A stretch of 64,000 nt of DNA from Minisyncoccota bacterium (GCA_031291955.1 JARLIA010000015.1:54204-118203), one strand, 5' to 3'. Shown: positions 46,192 through 55,353, counted from the first letter of the stretch. A program made the numbers and translations. The notes: generated by a model from the sequence alone, not told the origin.

Positions 46192-47166
46192 ATGATAAAT
46201 TATTTGTCCATTCTAAAAAAAGCTTTCACGCTGACCTGGAAAAACCGCTATCTTTGGTGGTATGGTTTTTTCATCACCCTTTCCGGAGTTGGAAGCTTCA
46301 ATTATCTTTTCAACAATAACCGGAATGGCCGCCGAGACTTGGTTCATCAGCATGCCATTGGAAATTTTATTTCCCAAAACACGCATTGGCTTGTCATCGG
46401 CGCGATAATCATCCTAATCCTTTACGCCATTTTTCTGATTTTAGGCATCATTGCTCGCGGAGCCCTCATTGATTCGCTCGGCAAGCGCCTGAAAGATGAA
46501 AACAGCACTTTCCGTTCCGGCTTCAACCGAGGACGCCGGTTTTTCGGCCGGATCGCCCTGGTTGCGATTCTCATGGATCTCTTTGCCTTGGCATCAATTA
46601 TCGTCCTGATTGCCCCGGTGGCTTTCTTATTCCTCAGTCAAGCCTACCTGGTCGGCGTTTTCATGGGAATTTTGGCTGTTATTATTCTGGTTCCCATCCT
46701 TCTTCTTGCATATTATCTCAAAACCTACGCCTACATCTACGCTGTTTTGGGAGATTTGCGTTTTTGGCCAGCCATCGAAAGAGCCTACGTGCTCCTTCAG
46801 GAAAATATTCTCGCCAGCCTCATTATGGGCCTCATTTTTATCCCCATCAGCTTGGCTTTGGCTATCGCGATTATTATGGCAGCCATTCCGATTTTCATCA
46901 TCTTCTTGGGAATAGGACTAGTGCTCTACCTGCTCTTGGGACAAATGGGAATAATAGTGACTGTAATACTTGGATTTATTTGTTTCTTTATTTTCCTATT
47001 TCTTATCCGCTCAGCCTACGAAGTCTTTGCCCAAGCCGTTTGGTTGATCTTTTTTCGCCAAATCGCCAGTCCAAAAGTCAAAGAAGCTGTCACCGAACCA
47101 GAACCGGAAATTAAGGTCGCCCCCAAAGCCATGCCGATAATCGACATAGAAAAAAGCGGGAAATAA
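46192..47166 (+). CDS. Hypothetical polytopic membrane protein.
   Basis: 324 aa with about 7 TM helices. No recognisable family. Confidence 0.5.
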   Translation: MINYLSILKKAFTLTWKNRYLWWYGFFITLSGVGSFNYLFNNNRNGRRDLVHQHAIGNFISQNTHWLVIGAIIILILYAIFLILGIIARGALIDSLGKRLKDENSTFRSGFNRGRRFFGRIALVAILMDLFALASIIVLIAPVAFLFLSQAYLVGVFMGILAVIILVPILLLAYYLKTYAYIYAVLGDLRFWPAIERAYVLLQENILASLIMGLIFIPISLALAIAIIMAAIPIFIIFLGIGLVLYLLLGQMGIIVTVILGFICFFIFLFLIRSAYEVFAQAVWLIFFRQIASPKVKEAVTEPEPEIKVAPKAMPIIDIEKSGK

Positions 47167-47253
47167 AAGACGGTAAATAGGAGATAGAAAAGTGGATAGG
47201 CTTTTTTTATTGACCAAAAAAGAATATTGCCGTAGTATCAATTATGTGATTAT

Positions 47254-47327
47254 GGTCGCTTAGCTCAGCTGGTTAGAGCGTCACATTGACATTGTGAAGG
47301 TCACTGGTCCGAGTCCAGTAGCGACCA
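47254..47327 (+). tRNA. tRNA-Val(GAC).
   Basis: GGTCGCT TAGCTCAGCTGGTTAGAGC G TCACA TTGACAT TGTGA AGGTC ACTGGTCCGAGTCCAGT AGCGACC A. Confidence 0.88.
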
Positions 47328-47387
47328 CGCGGAAAACTTTAGATTTTATTGCAAATTTTAGATTAATTTCTTCAAACAAGATTGCTT

Positions 47388-47462
47388 GGGACCATAGCTC
47401 AGTGGTAGAGCGCGCGACTCATAATCGCTTGGTCGCAGGTTCGATCCCTGCTGGTCCCACCA
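47388..47462 (+). tRNA. tRNA-Met(CAT), elongator-type or possibly lysidine-modified Ile, with encoded CCA.
   Basis: GGGACCA TAGCTCAGTGGTAGAGC G CGCGA CTCATAA TCGCT TGGTC GCAGGTTCGATCCCTGC TGGTCCC A CCA. The G1-C72 pair argues against an initiator tRNA. Confidence 0.85.
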
Positions 47463-47483
47463 AAAAGTTTTATATTTTCCCCA

Positions 47484-47517
47484 AAGTTCCCGGCTTGTCG
47501 GGAACTTTATTTTTTCC
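47484..47517. terminator. Rho-independent terminator after tRNA-Met, overlapping the xer stop region on the other strand.
   Basis: aaagttcccg/cgggaacttt 10-bp stem with loop gcttgt, then ATTTTTTCC. Confidence 0.7.
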
Positions 47518-48472
47518 GCCTCCTCGCGTGGAAGGCCTGATGGACTTCTTTCAAATGCGGATTGGTGACGTGGGTGTAAATCTGCGTGGTAGTGATGGAA
47601 GAATGACCGAGCATGGCTTGGACCGAGCGGATGTCGGCGCCGTTCATGAGGAGATCCGTCGCAAAGGAATGACGCAGGGTGTGCGGATGAACATTTTTGA
47701 CAAGACCAGCTTTAGCCGCATAATATTTCACAATTCGTTGGACGGAACGCGGCGTGAGGCGCAAATCTTCTTCTTGTGTGTTTTTATTATTAGGATTATT
47801 ATTCTTGCCCTTGAATTTTCTCAATCCTTTTGTGTCTCTCACAAAAAGTGCCGGATCAATGTCGGTCCTTTTTTTCAAATATTCTTCGAGAGCTCCAGTC
47901 GCCGTGTCTGAAATGAAGACCACCCGAACCTTGCCGCCCTTTCCTTGCACCGAAAGTTCGCCGCTTTTGAAATTCAATTTTTCCCGATTAATGCTCACCA
48001 ACTCCGAAACCCGCAGGCCCGCCGAAAAGAGAAGTTCCAAGATCGCCCGGTCGCGCCTAGACTTGAAATCCACGCCAGACGCCGCTTCCAAAATCCGCTC
48101 TATCTCAGCACTCTCTAGAAACTCAACTTCCCGCTCAGGCGCATGGCCGATTTCGATTTTTTCCGCCTGAAGAGCCTTGACGTCCCGCTTGGCCAGAAAT
48201 TTGAGAAAGCTACGGATAATGATAATATAATAATTCTGGGTAATTTTCTTGAGTTTTTCCCCTTTTTCATTTTCAAAACGATTGAGATGAAGACGAAAAT
48301 CACGAATAATCTTGTCGGTTATTTCGGTCGGATTTTCAATTTTGGCCCACACCAAAAATTTGGCCAGATGCCGATCATAGATCTCAATCGTTTTGGGGGA
48401 CCGATCTCTTTCCACTTCCAAATATTCCAGGAATTGAATTTTAAGCTCTTGGAGATTCATATTATGCGACAC
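47507..48472 (-). CDS. Tyrosine site-specific recombinase of the XerC/XerD family.
   Basis: N-terminal SAM-like domain and catalytic R...HxxR...Y (HTLRHSFATDLLMNGADIRSVQAMLGHSSITTTQIYTHV). Ends 45 bp from the tRNA-Met 3' end. Confidence 0.8.
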   Translation of the reverse strand: MSHNMNLQELKIQFLEYLEVERDRSPKTIEIYDRHLAKFLVWAKIENPTEITDKIIRDFRLHLNRFENEKGEKLKKITQNYYIIIIRSFLKFLAKRDVKALQAEKIEIGHAPEREVEFLESAEIERILEAASGVDFKSRRDRAILELLFSAGLRVSELVSINREKLNFKSGELSVQGKGGKVRVVFISDTATGALEEYLKKRTDIDPALFVRDTKGLRKFKGKNNNPNNKNTQEEDLRLTPRSVQRIVKYYAAKAGLVKNVHPHTLRHSFATDLLMNGADIRSVQAMLGHSSITTTQIYTHVTNPHLKEVHQAFHARRRKK

Positions 48473-48692
48473 TACATTCCCAGTTTACACCCACTCGCTC
48501 CATTTTCCAACCTGGGGATAACTTCTTTGACAAAAAACATGTTCTCGGATAAACTACTGGATAGATAAAAATTAGGGTTTTGGGCGGCATAGTCGTTCTG
48601 TATTATAGTCGTTTCGAAAGAGCGGATCGCCAAAACCAAAAGAAAGGTCAATCGCTATTAGTAAACTAAGACGAAGATTTCCGAAAGGTTTA

Positions 48693-49853
48693 TTGACGCG
48701 CCAGAACCTGATTGGTCCGCTTACCCGGATTTATCAAACACAAAGAAATATAGCGCGATTCATCAAGAAGCGCCGTACTGTGAAAATACTACACCTATTT
48801 CGGGGCTATTCAGCCCTTGTAGTTGTGGTATCCAGCGCGCTCTTAGTCAGCGTAACCAATTTTGCCGCCGGATTCCAGTCCGGTGGTTTTTTGTTCGGTT
48901 ATTTCGGCGTCAACGAAAGCACTGACAGTCCCCTGGCAGACAAGTTTTTCCTAAAAACCGCCGCCGAAACCGATTTGGCACTGGCGCCATTGGCAGAAGC
49001 CAAAACCGCCCCCAAGCCGGGTGCCGATAATTCACAAAGTGGCAGTAATGATTCAATGCTGCTTCAAGGACAAGCTTTGGTGGCTGGCACCAGTCCAGTC
49101 AAAAGAGATCCCGAAGAAGGCGGGGGAGTGGCCATCTACACAGTCCAATCCGGCGATACGGTCAGCCAGATTGCCGCTAATCATAACGTTACCGTCAATA
49201 CCATTCTTTGGGCCAACGACTTGGACAACGTCGATCAGATTGCTCCCGGAGACAAGATCTTTATTTTGCCGGTTTCCGGCTTGAGTTACACGGTCAAAAG
49301 CGGCGACGATATCAACAGCATTGCTAAAAAATATAACGCCGAAAAAGATAAGATTATTGCTTTCAACGATCTGCCGGCTAACGGCGAATTGACGGTCGGA
49401 CAAGATATCCTTATTCCTGGAGGCGAAAAAGAAACTCCCAAGCCAACACCGCCGACTGGATCCTTCGGAATTGCCCAGCGACAATATGAATCGTTCGGTT
49501 CTGGCAGTTCTGGCACCTTGCTTTCCGGACGGGGCGGCACCGGTCACGCCTTCCCATATGGATACTGTACTTGGTACGTTTCTCAGCGCGTCTATGTCCC
49601 ATGGAGCGGAAATGCTGGTGCCTGGCTCTATAACGCCAAGTCGGACGGGTATTCCACCGGCCGGGCTCCGCGCCCGGGCGCCATCATGGTGGCCGCCGAA
49701 TCAGCTTATGGCCACGTGGCTTACGTCGAAAAAGTCAACAGCAACGGAACATTCGTCGTTTCAGAAATGAACTACGACGCCTGGGCTAAAAAAGATTTGC
49801 GCACCGTCAGCAATTCAGACCCGTTTATCAGAGGCTTCATTTATTCCAGATAG
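48693..49853 (+). CDS. Secreted LysM (two copies) plus CHAP-domain peptidoglycan hydrolase.
   Basis: LysM repeats (YTVQSGDTVSQIAANHNVTVNTILWAN; YTVKSGDDINSIAKKYN) and a C-terminal CHAP domain (CTWYVSQR...GHVAYVE). The start is uncertain: the track start is TTG, an in-frame GTG at 48780 gives MKILHLFRGYSALVVVV..., and the signal anchor is shared by both. Confidence 0.7.
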   Translation: MTRQNLIGPLTRIYQTQRNIARFIKKRRTVKILHLFRGYSALVVVVSSALLVSVTNFAAGFQSGGFLFGYFGVNESTDSPLADKFFLKTAAETDLALAPLAEAKTAPKPGADNSQSGSNDSMLLQGQALVAGTSPVKRDPEEGGGVAIYTVQSGDTVSQIAANHNVTVNTILWANDLDNVDQIAPGDKIFILPVSGLSYTVKSGDDINSIAKKYNAEKDKIIAFNDLPANGELTVGQDILIPGGEKETPKPTPPTGSFGIAQRQYESFGSGSSGTLLSGRGGTGHAFPYGYCTWYVSQRVYVPWSGNAGAWLYNAKSDGYSTGRAPRPGAIMVAAESAYGHVAYVEKVNSNGTFVVSEMNYDAWAKKDLRTVSNSDPFIRGFIYSR

Positions 49854-49930
49854 CCTTTGTAAATTTATAAAAACCTGGTTTTATCGCCAGGTTTTTTATT
49901 TGTCAGCAGGATATTAATTTTGAATTGGAT

Positions 49931-52180
49931 CTATATTTTTCGAAGTGGCGCTATCGACACCGATAATTTCTTTAGCCCAATTTTGCCGAACGCCACAGTA
50001 ATAATATCTCCTTGGGTCGCCACTATCATTCCGTCCCCAAACTCGGGATGCCGCACCCGGTCACCATCCTTAAATCGCGTATCATGAAGCCCATATCGCG
50101 TATCGCGTATCGCGGAACCTGCGTTACGTTTCGCAATTTGCGCTCCACGCTCCACGCTAGACGTTTCGCATTCCACGCTTCGCGTTACGAGTTCTTCTGG
50201 GATATCATCGAAAAAGCGCGATGGGGGATTAATCTGGGTTGAACCAAAAATATTCCGTTCCATGGTGAAAAGCAAATAGACTTTTCGCTTGGCCCGGGTA
50301 ATGCCAACATACATCAGCCGCCGCTCTTCTTCCATCTGCTTGGGGTCAAGCATGGATCGCGAGTGCGGCATGATGCCCTCCTCAAGACCCGCGATAAAAA
50401 CGAACTGAAATTCCAAGCCCTTGGCGCTATGAAGCGTCATCATATGGACCGCCTCCGAGGCTTGATCGATGTTGTCCGTGTCGGCAATGAGCGCCACTTC
50501 TTCCAAGAATAATCGCAAGCCCTCTTCGCCTTCATATTCGTCGTATTTTTGGGCGACTGTCAAAAGTTCTTGGACATTTTCGTGCCGCGCCTGACCTTCA
50601 TCCGTTCCATCGAGCAGATATTTTTCATATCCGGACTCGGTGTATACCTTCTGAATAAAATCAGTCAGCGACAACCTCGCCTTAGCCTCTGTTATCCGAT
50701 TTATGAATTCACAAAATTTAGCTATAGCATCGAATTTTGCCTGGCGAATTTTGAATTTTGAATCAATTTCTAATTTTGAATTTTGAATGTTTAAACCACA
50801 TTCGATCAGATTTTTATTTTGGCTTCTTGAGATACCGGTCCATTTCCCCAATGTGACCTGACCGATCCCGCGCTTCGGTTCATTAATGATTCTTTCCAGT
50901 GAAACTTCGTCGTTAAAATTATTGATCAGTCGCAAATACGCGACAACATCCTTGATTTCTTTCCGTTGGTAGAATTTCAGGCCGCCAATGATCCGGTATG
51001 GCATGGACGCGCGCAGCATGGCTTCTTCGATCGAGCGCGACTGGGCGTTAGTGCGATAGAGCACAACCGTGTCGGAAAGTTTTATATTTTCTTCCCGTTT
51101 CAATCTTTCAATTTCAGAAATGATAAACTCGGCTTCATCCCGCTCATTGTCGGCTTCGTAGGAGACGATGAGGTGGCCACCCTTGTTCTCGGTCCAGACT
51201 TTTTTGTCTTTCCGGTTGACGTTTTTGGAAATAACGCCGTAGGCCGCATCCAAAATGTTCTGGGTCGAGCGATAGTTCTGTTCCAACTTCACCGCCACCG
51301 CGTCCGGATAATCTTTTTCAAAATCCAAAATGTTTTGAATGTCCGCCCCACGCCAAGAATACACCCCCTGCCAGTCATCCCCGCAGACCCAGATGTTGCG
51401 ATACTTTTGGGACAGCAATTTGACCAAAGTATATTGGGCGTGGTTGGTATCCTGGTATTCGTCCACCATGATATAGCGGAAAAGGTTCTGATATTTAGCC
51501 AGCGTCTCGGGATAGTTCTGGAAAATTTTGACCGTCAGCATCAAAATGTCGTCAAAATCGAGAGCATCCTGGTCTTTTAATCTTTTTTGATAGGCGGTAT
51601 AAATTTTAGAAACCACCTCTTCCCAAAATCCGCCGACAGTTTGAGAAAAATGCTCGGCGTCAATCAGCTCGTTCTTGGCTTTGGAAATGGCGCCGAGCAC
51701 CGCTTGCGGTTTAAACTGGTCGAGATTTATTTCCATCTCCTTCATCGTTTTTTTCATGAGCAACAACTGATCCTGGCTATCATAGATATTGAACGAACTT
51801 TTGTAGCCGGCCTTTTCTATTTCCCGCCGCAAAATCTTCACGCAAATTGAATGGAACGTACCAATCGTTGGCAGATTATATCGATTACTCCCTCGCCCGT
51901 ACTCGGGAGAGGGCGCGTTGTCCGCACGGCTCAACAATTTAGTAATCCGCTCTTTCATTTCCGAAGCGGCTTTGTTTGTGAAGGTGACTGCCAAGATATT
52001 CATTGGCCGGACTTTTTTGTCCAAAATCAAATAAGCCACCCGGTGGGTCAGTGCCCGCGTTTTCCCCGATCCCGCTCCCGCAATCACCAAAACCGGCCCT
52101 TCGGTCGTTTCGACGGCTTTCCTTTGCGGGAGATTAAGTTTTTCCAAAATATTTTTCACAACTATGTCATTGTAGCACAA
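49931..52180 (-). CDS. pcrA: ATP-dependent DNA helicase PcrA/UvrD.
   Basis: Walker A AGAGSGKTRALTHRVAYL, helicase motifs I-VI and the UvrD C-terminal domain. It contains two in-frame repetitive DNA segments (50085-50200 and 50737-50810). Confidence 0.92.
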   Translation of the reverse strand: MCYNDIVVKNILEKLNLPQRKAVETTEGPVLVIAGAGSGKTRALTHRVAYLILDKKVRPMNILAVTFTNKAASEMKERITKLLSRADNAPSPEYGRGSNRYNLPTIGTFHSICVKILRREIEKAGYKSSFNIYDSQDQLLLMKKTMKEMEINLDQFKPQAVLGAISKAKNELIDAEHFSQTVGGFWEEVVSKIYTAYQKRLKDQDALDFDDILMLTVKIFQNYPETLAKYQNLFRYIMVDEYQDTNHAQYTLVKLLSQKYRNIWVCGDDWQGVYSWRGADIQNILDFEKDYPDAVAVKLEQNYRSTQNILDAAYGVISKNVNRKDKKVWTENKGGHLIVSYEADNERDEAEFIISEIERLKREENIKLSDTVVLYRTNAQSRSIEEAMLRASMPYRIIGGLKFYQRKEIKDVVAYLRLINNFNDEVSLERIINEPKRGIGQVTLGKWTGISRSQNKNLIECGLNIQNSKLEIDSKFKIRQAKFDAIAKFCEFINRITEAKARLSLTDFIQKVYTESGYEKYLLDGTDEGQARHENVQELLTVAQKYDEYEGEEGLRLFLEEVALIADTDNIDQASEAVHMMTLHSAKGLEFQFVFIAGLEEGIMPHSRSMLDPKQMEEERRLMYVGITRAKRKVYLLFTMERNIFGSTQINPPSRFFDDIPEELVTRSVECETSSVERGAQIAKRNAGSAIRDTRYGLHDTRFKDGDRVRHPEFGDGMIVATQGDIITVAFGKIGLKKLSVSIAPLRKI

Positions 52181-52208
52181 GAGTTTTGTTTAGACATTCT
52201 TGTTGCGC

Positions 52209-52237
52209 TTGACAAAATATACGTTTCCATATATTAT
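52209..52237 (+). promoter_or_regulatory. Sigma70-type promoter for the abiE operon: TTGACA, 17-bp spacer, TATTAT.
   Basis: cttgacaaaatatacgtttccatatattat lies 27 bp upstream of the abiEi start. Confidence 0.6.
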
Positions 52238-52263
52238 TATATATATTAATATAAGTAAATGAT

Positions 52264-52869
52264 ATGAAATTCTTCGAATTTGAGAAAAAAATGCTTAAAT
52301 ATCCGATTTTTACCTCAAAAGAAGTCCGAAATATTTTTTTTAATGAACCCGCCATTCTCGTTCAAATTGCTTTTTGGTCCAAAAAAGGTTACCTTAAAAA
52401 AATCAAAAAAGGACTCTATGCCATGGCCAACACTCAAAATAATATCAACCCGATGGAGCTGGCGGAGAAAATTTACGCGCCGTCTTATTTGAGTTTGGAA
52501 TTCATGTTGCATCATTATGGAATAATTCCGGATGTTCCAGGCACTTTCACCTCGGTAACCTCTCGAAAAACCATGTTTTACAAAACAGATTTCGGAAATT
52601 TTTCTTATCAAAAAATCAAACCGGAATTTTTTTTCGGCTACATCAGACAAGACAACGCCGGCATGGCCGCGCCGGAAAAAGCTCTTTTTGATTATCTTTA
52701 TCTAAATAAAAAAAAATTTGAGGCTGAAGAAAATTTTTGGCGGGAAATGAGAATCGATGAAGATTTTAAATTTGACCGAAAAAAAATCGAGGCGTACAAG
52801 AAAATTTTTAATGATAAAAAAATAAATAATTTAATCGATAGCCTTTTGGCTTATCAAAAAAATGCTTGA
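52264..52869 (+). CDS. abiEi: AbiEi-family antitoxin (type IV toxin-antitoxin / abortive infection), winged-helix transcriptional regulator.
   Basis: 201 aa. N-terminal wHTH-like region and an 8-bp overlap with the downstream DUF1814 nucleotidyltransferase gene, the typical abiEi-abiEii organisation. Confidence 0.65.
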   Translation: MKFFEFEKKMLKYPIFTSKEVRNIFFNEPAILVQIAFWSKKGYLKKIKKGLYAMANTQNNINPMELAEKIYAPSYLSLEFMLHHYGIIPDVPGTFTSVTSRKTMFYKTDFGNFSYQKIKPEFFFGYIRQDNAGMAAPEKALFDYLYLNKKKFEAEENFWREMRIDEDFKFDRKKIEAYKKIFNDKKINNLIDSLLAYQKNA

Positions 52870-53686
52870 TAAAAATTTTTTGGATGATTACGTCAAAAAA
52901 AATGCCATTCCTCCCAATACGCGCCGCTATCTGGCGGAATATTTGCAGTCGGAAATCCTGTCCATTCTTTATGATTCGAAATACGGCCGGCACCTGTCTT
53001 TTTTGGGCGGCACCAGCCTTCGTTTTGTTTATAAAATAGAACGTTTTTCCGAAGACTTGGATTTTGATCTGGTTAAGACCGGCCTTGATTATGCGAAGTT
53101 GGCCAAATATTTGGAAAAACAATTGAACGAACGGGGATTTCTGGCGGAAACACGCGTGAAAAAAACGGAAAATATTTTTATTATCTTCGTAAAATTTTCC
53201 GAGATCATGAAACAGATGGGAGTTTCCGAGTTTGCCAATCAAAAAATAAAAATTAAATTCGAAGTCGACCCGTCTCCCTATAAAAGTCTTGAGTATGAAA
53301 CAAAATTAGTTTCGGCCTACGGAAAAACTTTTAATGTTATCATCAACACTTTGCCGACGCTTTTCGCCCAGAAAATTTTGGCTTTGAAATTGCGTCCCTA
53401 CCAAAAAGGCCGCGATTTCTATGATCTGGTCTGGTTTTTGGCGCAAAAAAACGTCGAGCCGAATTACGCGATCTTGAAAGAAAAAGGAATCAAAGTGAAA
53501 AACCGGGAAGAGTTGATCTTGGAACTTGAAAAAATCATTTCTAAACTTGACCTGAAGCTGGCCGCCGCGGACGTGCGCCGATTTCTTTTCTATCCCGATC
53601 AAGCTCGATGGATTTTGGATCTCCCAAAATATTTGGACGGGTTTTCAAAAGAGTCAGGGCTTACGCGTTTGCCTCAAAAATACTGA
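52862..53686 (+). CDS. abiEii: AbiEii/AbiGii-family nucleotidyltransferase toxin (DUF1814).
   Basis: RHLSFLGGTSLRFVY...RFSEDLDFD is the AbiEii nucleotidyltransferase motif. 274 aa. Confidence 0.72.
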   Translation: MLDKNFLDDYVKKNAIPPNTRRYLAEYLQSEILSILYDSKYGRHLSFLGGTSLRFVYKIERFSEDLDFDLVKTGLDYAKLAKYLEKQLNERGFLAETRVKKTENIFIIFVKFSEIMKQMGVSEFANQKIKIKFEVDPSPYKSLEYETKLVSAYGKTFNVIINTLPTLFAQKILALKLRPYQKGRDFYDLVWFLAQKNVEPNYAILKEKGIKVKNREELILELEKIISKLDLKLAAADVRRFLFYPDQARWILDLPKYLDGFSKESGLTRLPQKY

Positions 53687-54020
53687 ACATGGCTGAATCT
53701 TGCTATGTGATTGAGACGTTAAATTCGTCAGGACTTGCTCAAACAAACATAGAGGAATTATTGGCATCTCGAGAATCGGCTTATCTCATCCGTTTTTAAT
53801 GTATTATTCTCCTAAATCAAAGCCCTACCTTAATCTTGAAAGGCAGGAGGATAGGTGGCACAACACGGAGCAAAGATTGATTCTTTGCAAGTACCTGTAG
53901 TTCTTTTACCACTGGGTTCAGGCGGGTTCGCATACACTGCGCGGCTCGCCTTTTTTATTTCTACAAAAATACGAAAATTAACGGTCTGAAAGTTTTTTGC
54001 TATAGTTTTGTCATAATGAT

Positions 54021-54239
54021 ATGCGCAAAATTAGTCTAAAAAGCGTGGTTTGGAAGGAAGAGAGACATTACGTCGCCCAGTGTTTAAACGTGGATGTTTC
54101 CAGTTTTGGGAAAACCAAAAAAGAAGCACTGACGGCTTTGGATGAAGCACTGGAATTGTATTTCGAAGATAAAAAAGTTCCGAAAGCCGCGAAAATTGAA
54201 AGGCCGGAACTGGTCAATCTATCCATCTGCCATGCCTAA
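54021..54239 (+). CDS. hicB: HicB-family antitoxin (UPF0150).
   Basis: 72 aa; HYVAQCLNVDVSSFGKTKKEALTALDEALELYFED matches the HicB N-terminal RNase-H-like fold. Confidence 0.7.
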   Translation: MRKISLKSVVWKEERHYVAQCLNVDVSSFGKTKKEALTALDEALELYFEDKKVPKAAKIERPELVNLSICHA

Positions 54240-54451
54240 ACTATATTCCTCTTCTGAAATTATAAAAGTCCTGCAAAATCGGGGCTTTTATTTATATTTC
54301 CCAAAAGGGTAGCCACGCCAAATTCAGAAAAACCGGCAACTCGACGCTGACTGTCATTGTTCCGGCCGGCAGAAAAGAGATTCCCCTTGGAACTTTTCGA
54401 TCGATCCTGCGCCAGACCAGTCTAACGCTGGAGGAGTTTGAGAAAAAATGA
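54232..54451 (+). pseudogene. hicA: hicA toxin gene disrupted by a +1 frameshift in a G-run.
   Basis: Frame 1 reads MPKLYSSSEIIKVLQNRGFYLYFPKG then a stop. The next frame continues GSHAKFRKTGNSTLTVIVPAGRKEIPLGTFRSILRQTSLTLEEFEKK then a stop, which is the HicA core (GSH..F...T..VP.H..EI..GTL.SIL.Q). Deleting one G in aaaaggg restores a single about-72-aa HicA ORF. Confidence 0.7.
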
Positions 54452-54499
54452 ATCCTGCCTTATCTCCCTGGACAAAAAACCTTTTGTGTTATATCGTTA

Positions 54500-54577
54500 A
54501 TCCATAACCAACCTTACCTAGCCGACGCCGGTTTTACCCGGGGGATTCCCGCAACGGGCGTCTGGCCGAAAAAAACT
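54500..54577 (+). promoter_or_regulatory. Structured rpsO 5' leader, a candidate S15 autoregulatory element.
   Basis: Stems gacgcc/ggcgtc and cccggg/cccg...gg sit within 60 nt of the rpsO start, where S15 operators sit in other bacteria. Confidence 0.4.
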
Positions 54578-54847
54578 ATGGCTCTCAACGCCAAGCAAAA
54601 AGCCAAGATCACCAAAGACGTGGTCCGGCACGAGAAAGACACCGGTTCGCCGGAATATCAAGTCGCGCTTTTCACCGAGCGGATCAAGAAATTGACGGCG
54701 CATCTCAAAAAGAACGCCAAGGATTTCCACTCCCGCCGCGGACTCTTAAAAATGGTTTCCAAGCGAAAGAAGCTAATGGATTATCTCAAAAAAACGAACG
54801 AAAAAGCGTATAAAGCACTGATTAAGAAGCTTGGCTTAAAGGGCTAA
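54578..54847 (+). CDS. rpsO: 30S ribosomal protein S15.
   Basis: [11 protein letters not shown]...[55 protein letters not shown] matches S15. 89 aa. Confidence 0.93.
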   Translation: MALNAKQKAKITKDVVRHEKDTGSPEYQVALFTERIKKLTAHLKKNAKDFHSRRGLLKMVSKRKKLMDYLKKTNEKAYKALIKKLGLKG

Positions 54848-54855
54848 ATCAACTT

Positions 54856-55353
54856 ATGTCTATTTACAAAGAACAACGCGTCGGCGTCGTGGTTGATATT
54901 CAGAACCTCTATTATTCCGCCAAGGTCCTCCACAGCAAAAAGGCCAACTTCGGCGCGGTCCTGAAAGAAGCAGTCGGCGACCGGAAGCTCATCCGCGCTA
55001 TCGCCTACGGCATCAAAACCGTCGAAGGACAGGAAGAGAAATTTTTTGAGGCACTCGAGAAGGTCGGCTACGAAGTCAAGACCAAAGATCTTCAAATTTT
55101 CCCCGGTGGCGCCAAAAAAGGCGATTGGGATGTGGGCATCGCGGTCGACGCCATCAAGATGTCTAAAAGCTTGGACGCCATTGTTTTGGTTTCTGGAGAC
55201 GGCGATTATATTCCGTTGGTCAAATATATCCAATCTACCACCGGCTGCCGGGTGGAAGGAGCGGCCTTCCTGGAATCAACCAGCAACAAACTGATCGAGG
55301 AGCTGGACGACTTCATCAACTTGAGCGGGAATAAGAAAAAATTTCTAATCTAG
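54856..55353 (+). CDS. NYN-domain (LabA/DUF88-like) protein.
   Basis: VGVVVDIQNLYYS...AIVLVSGDGDYIPLV is the NYN/PIN-like nuclease-fold signature. Confidence 0.68.
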   Translation: MSIYKEQRVGVVVDIQNLYYSAKVLHSKKANFGAVLKEAVGDRKLIRAIAYGIKTVEGQEEKFFEALEKVGYEVKTKDLQIFPGGAKKGDWDVGIAVDAIKMSKSLDAIVLVSGDGDYIPLVKYIQSTTGCRVEGAAFLESTSNKLIEELDDFINLSGNKKKFLI

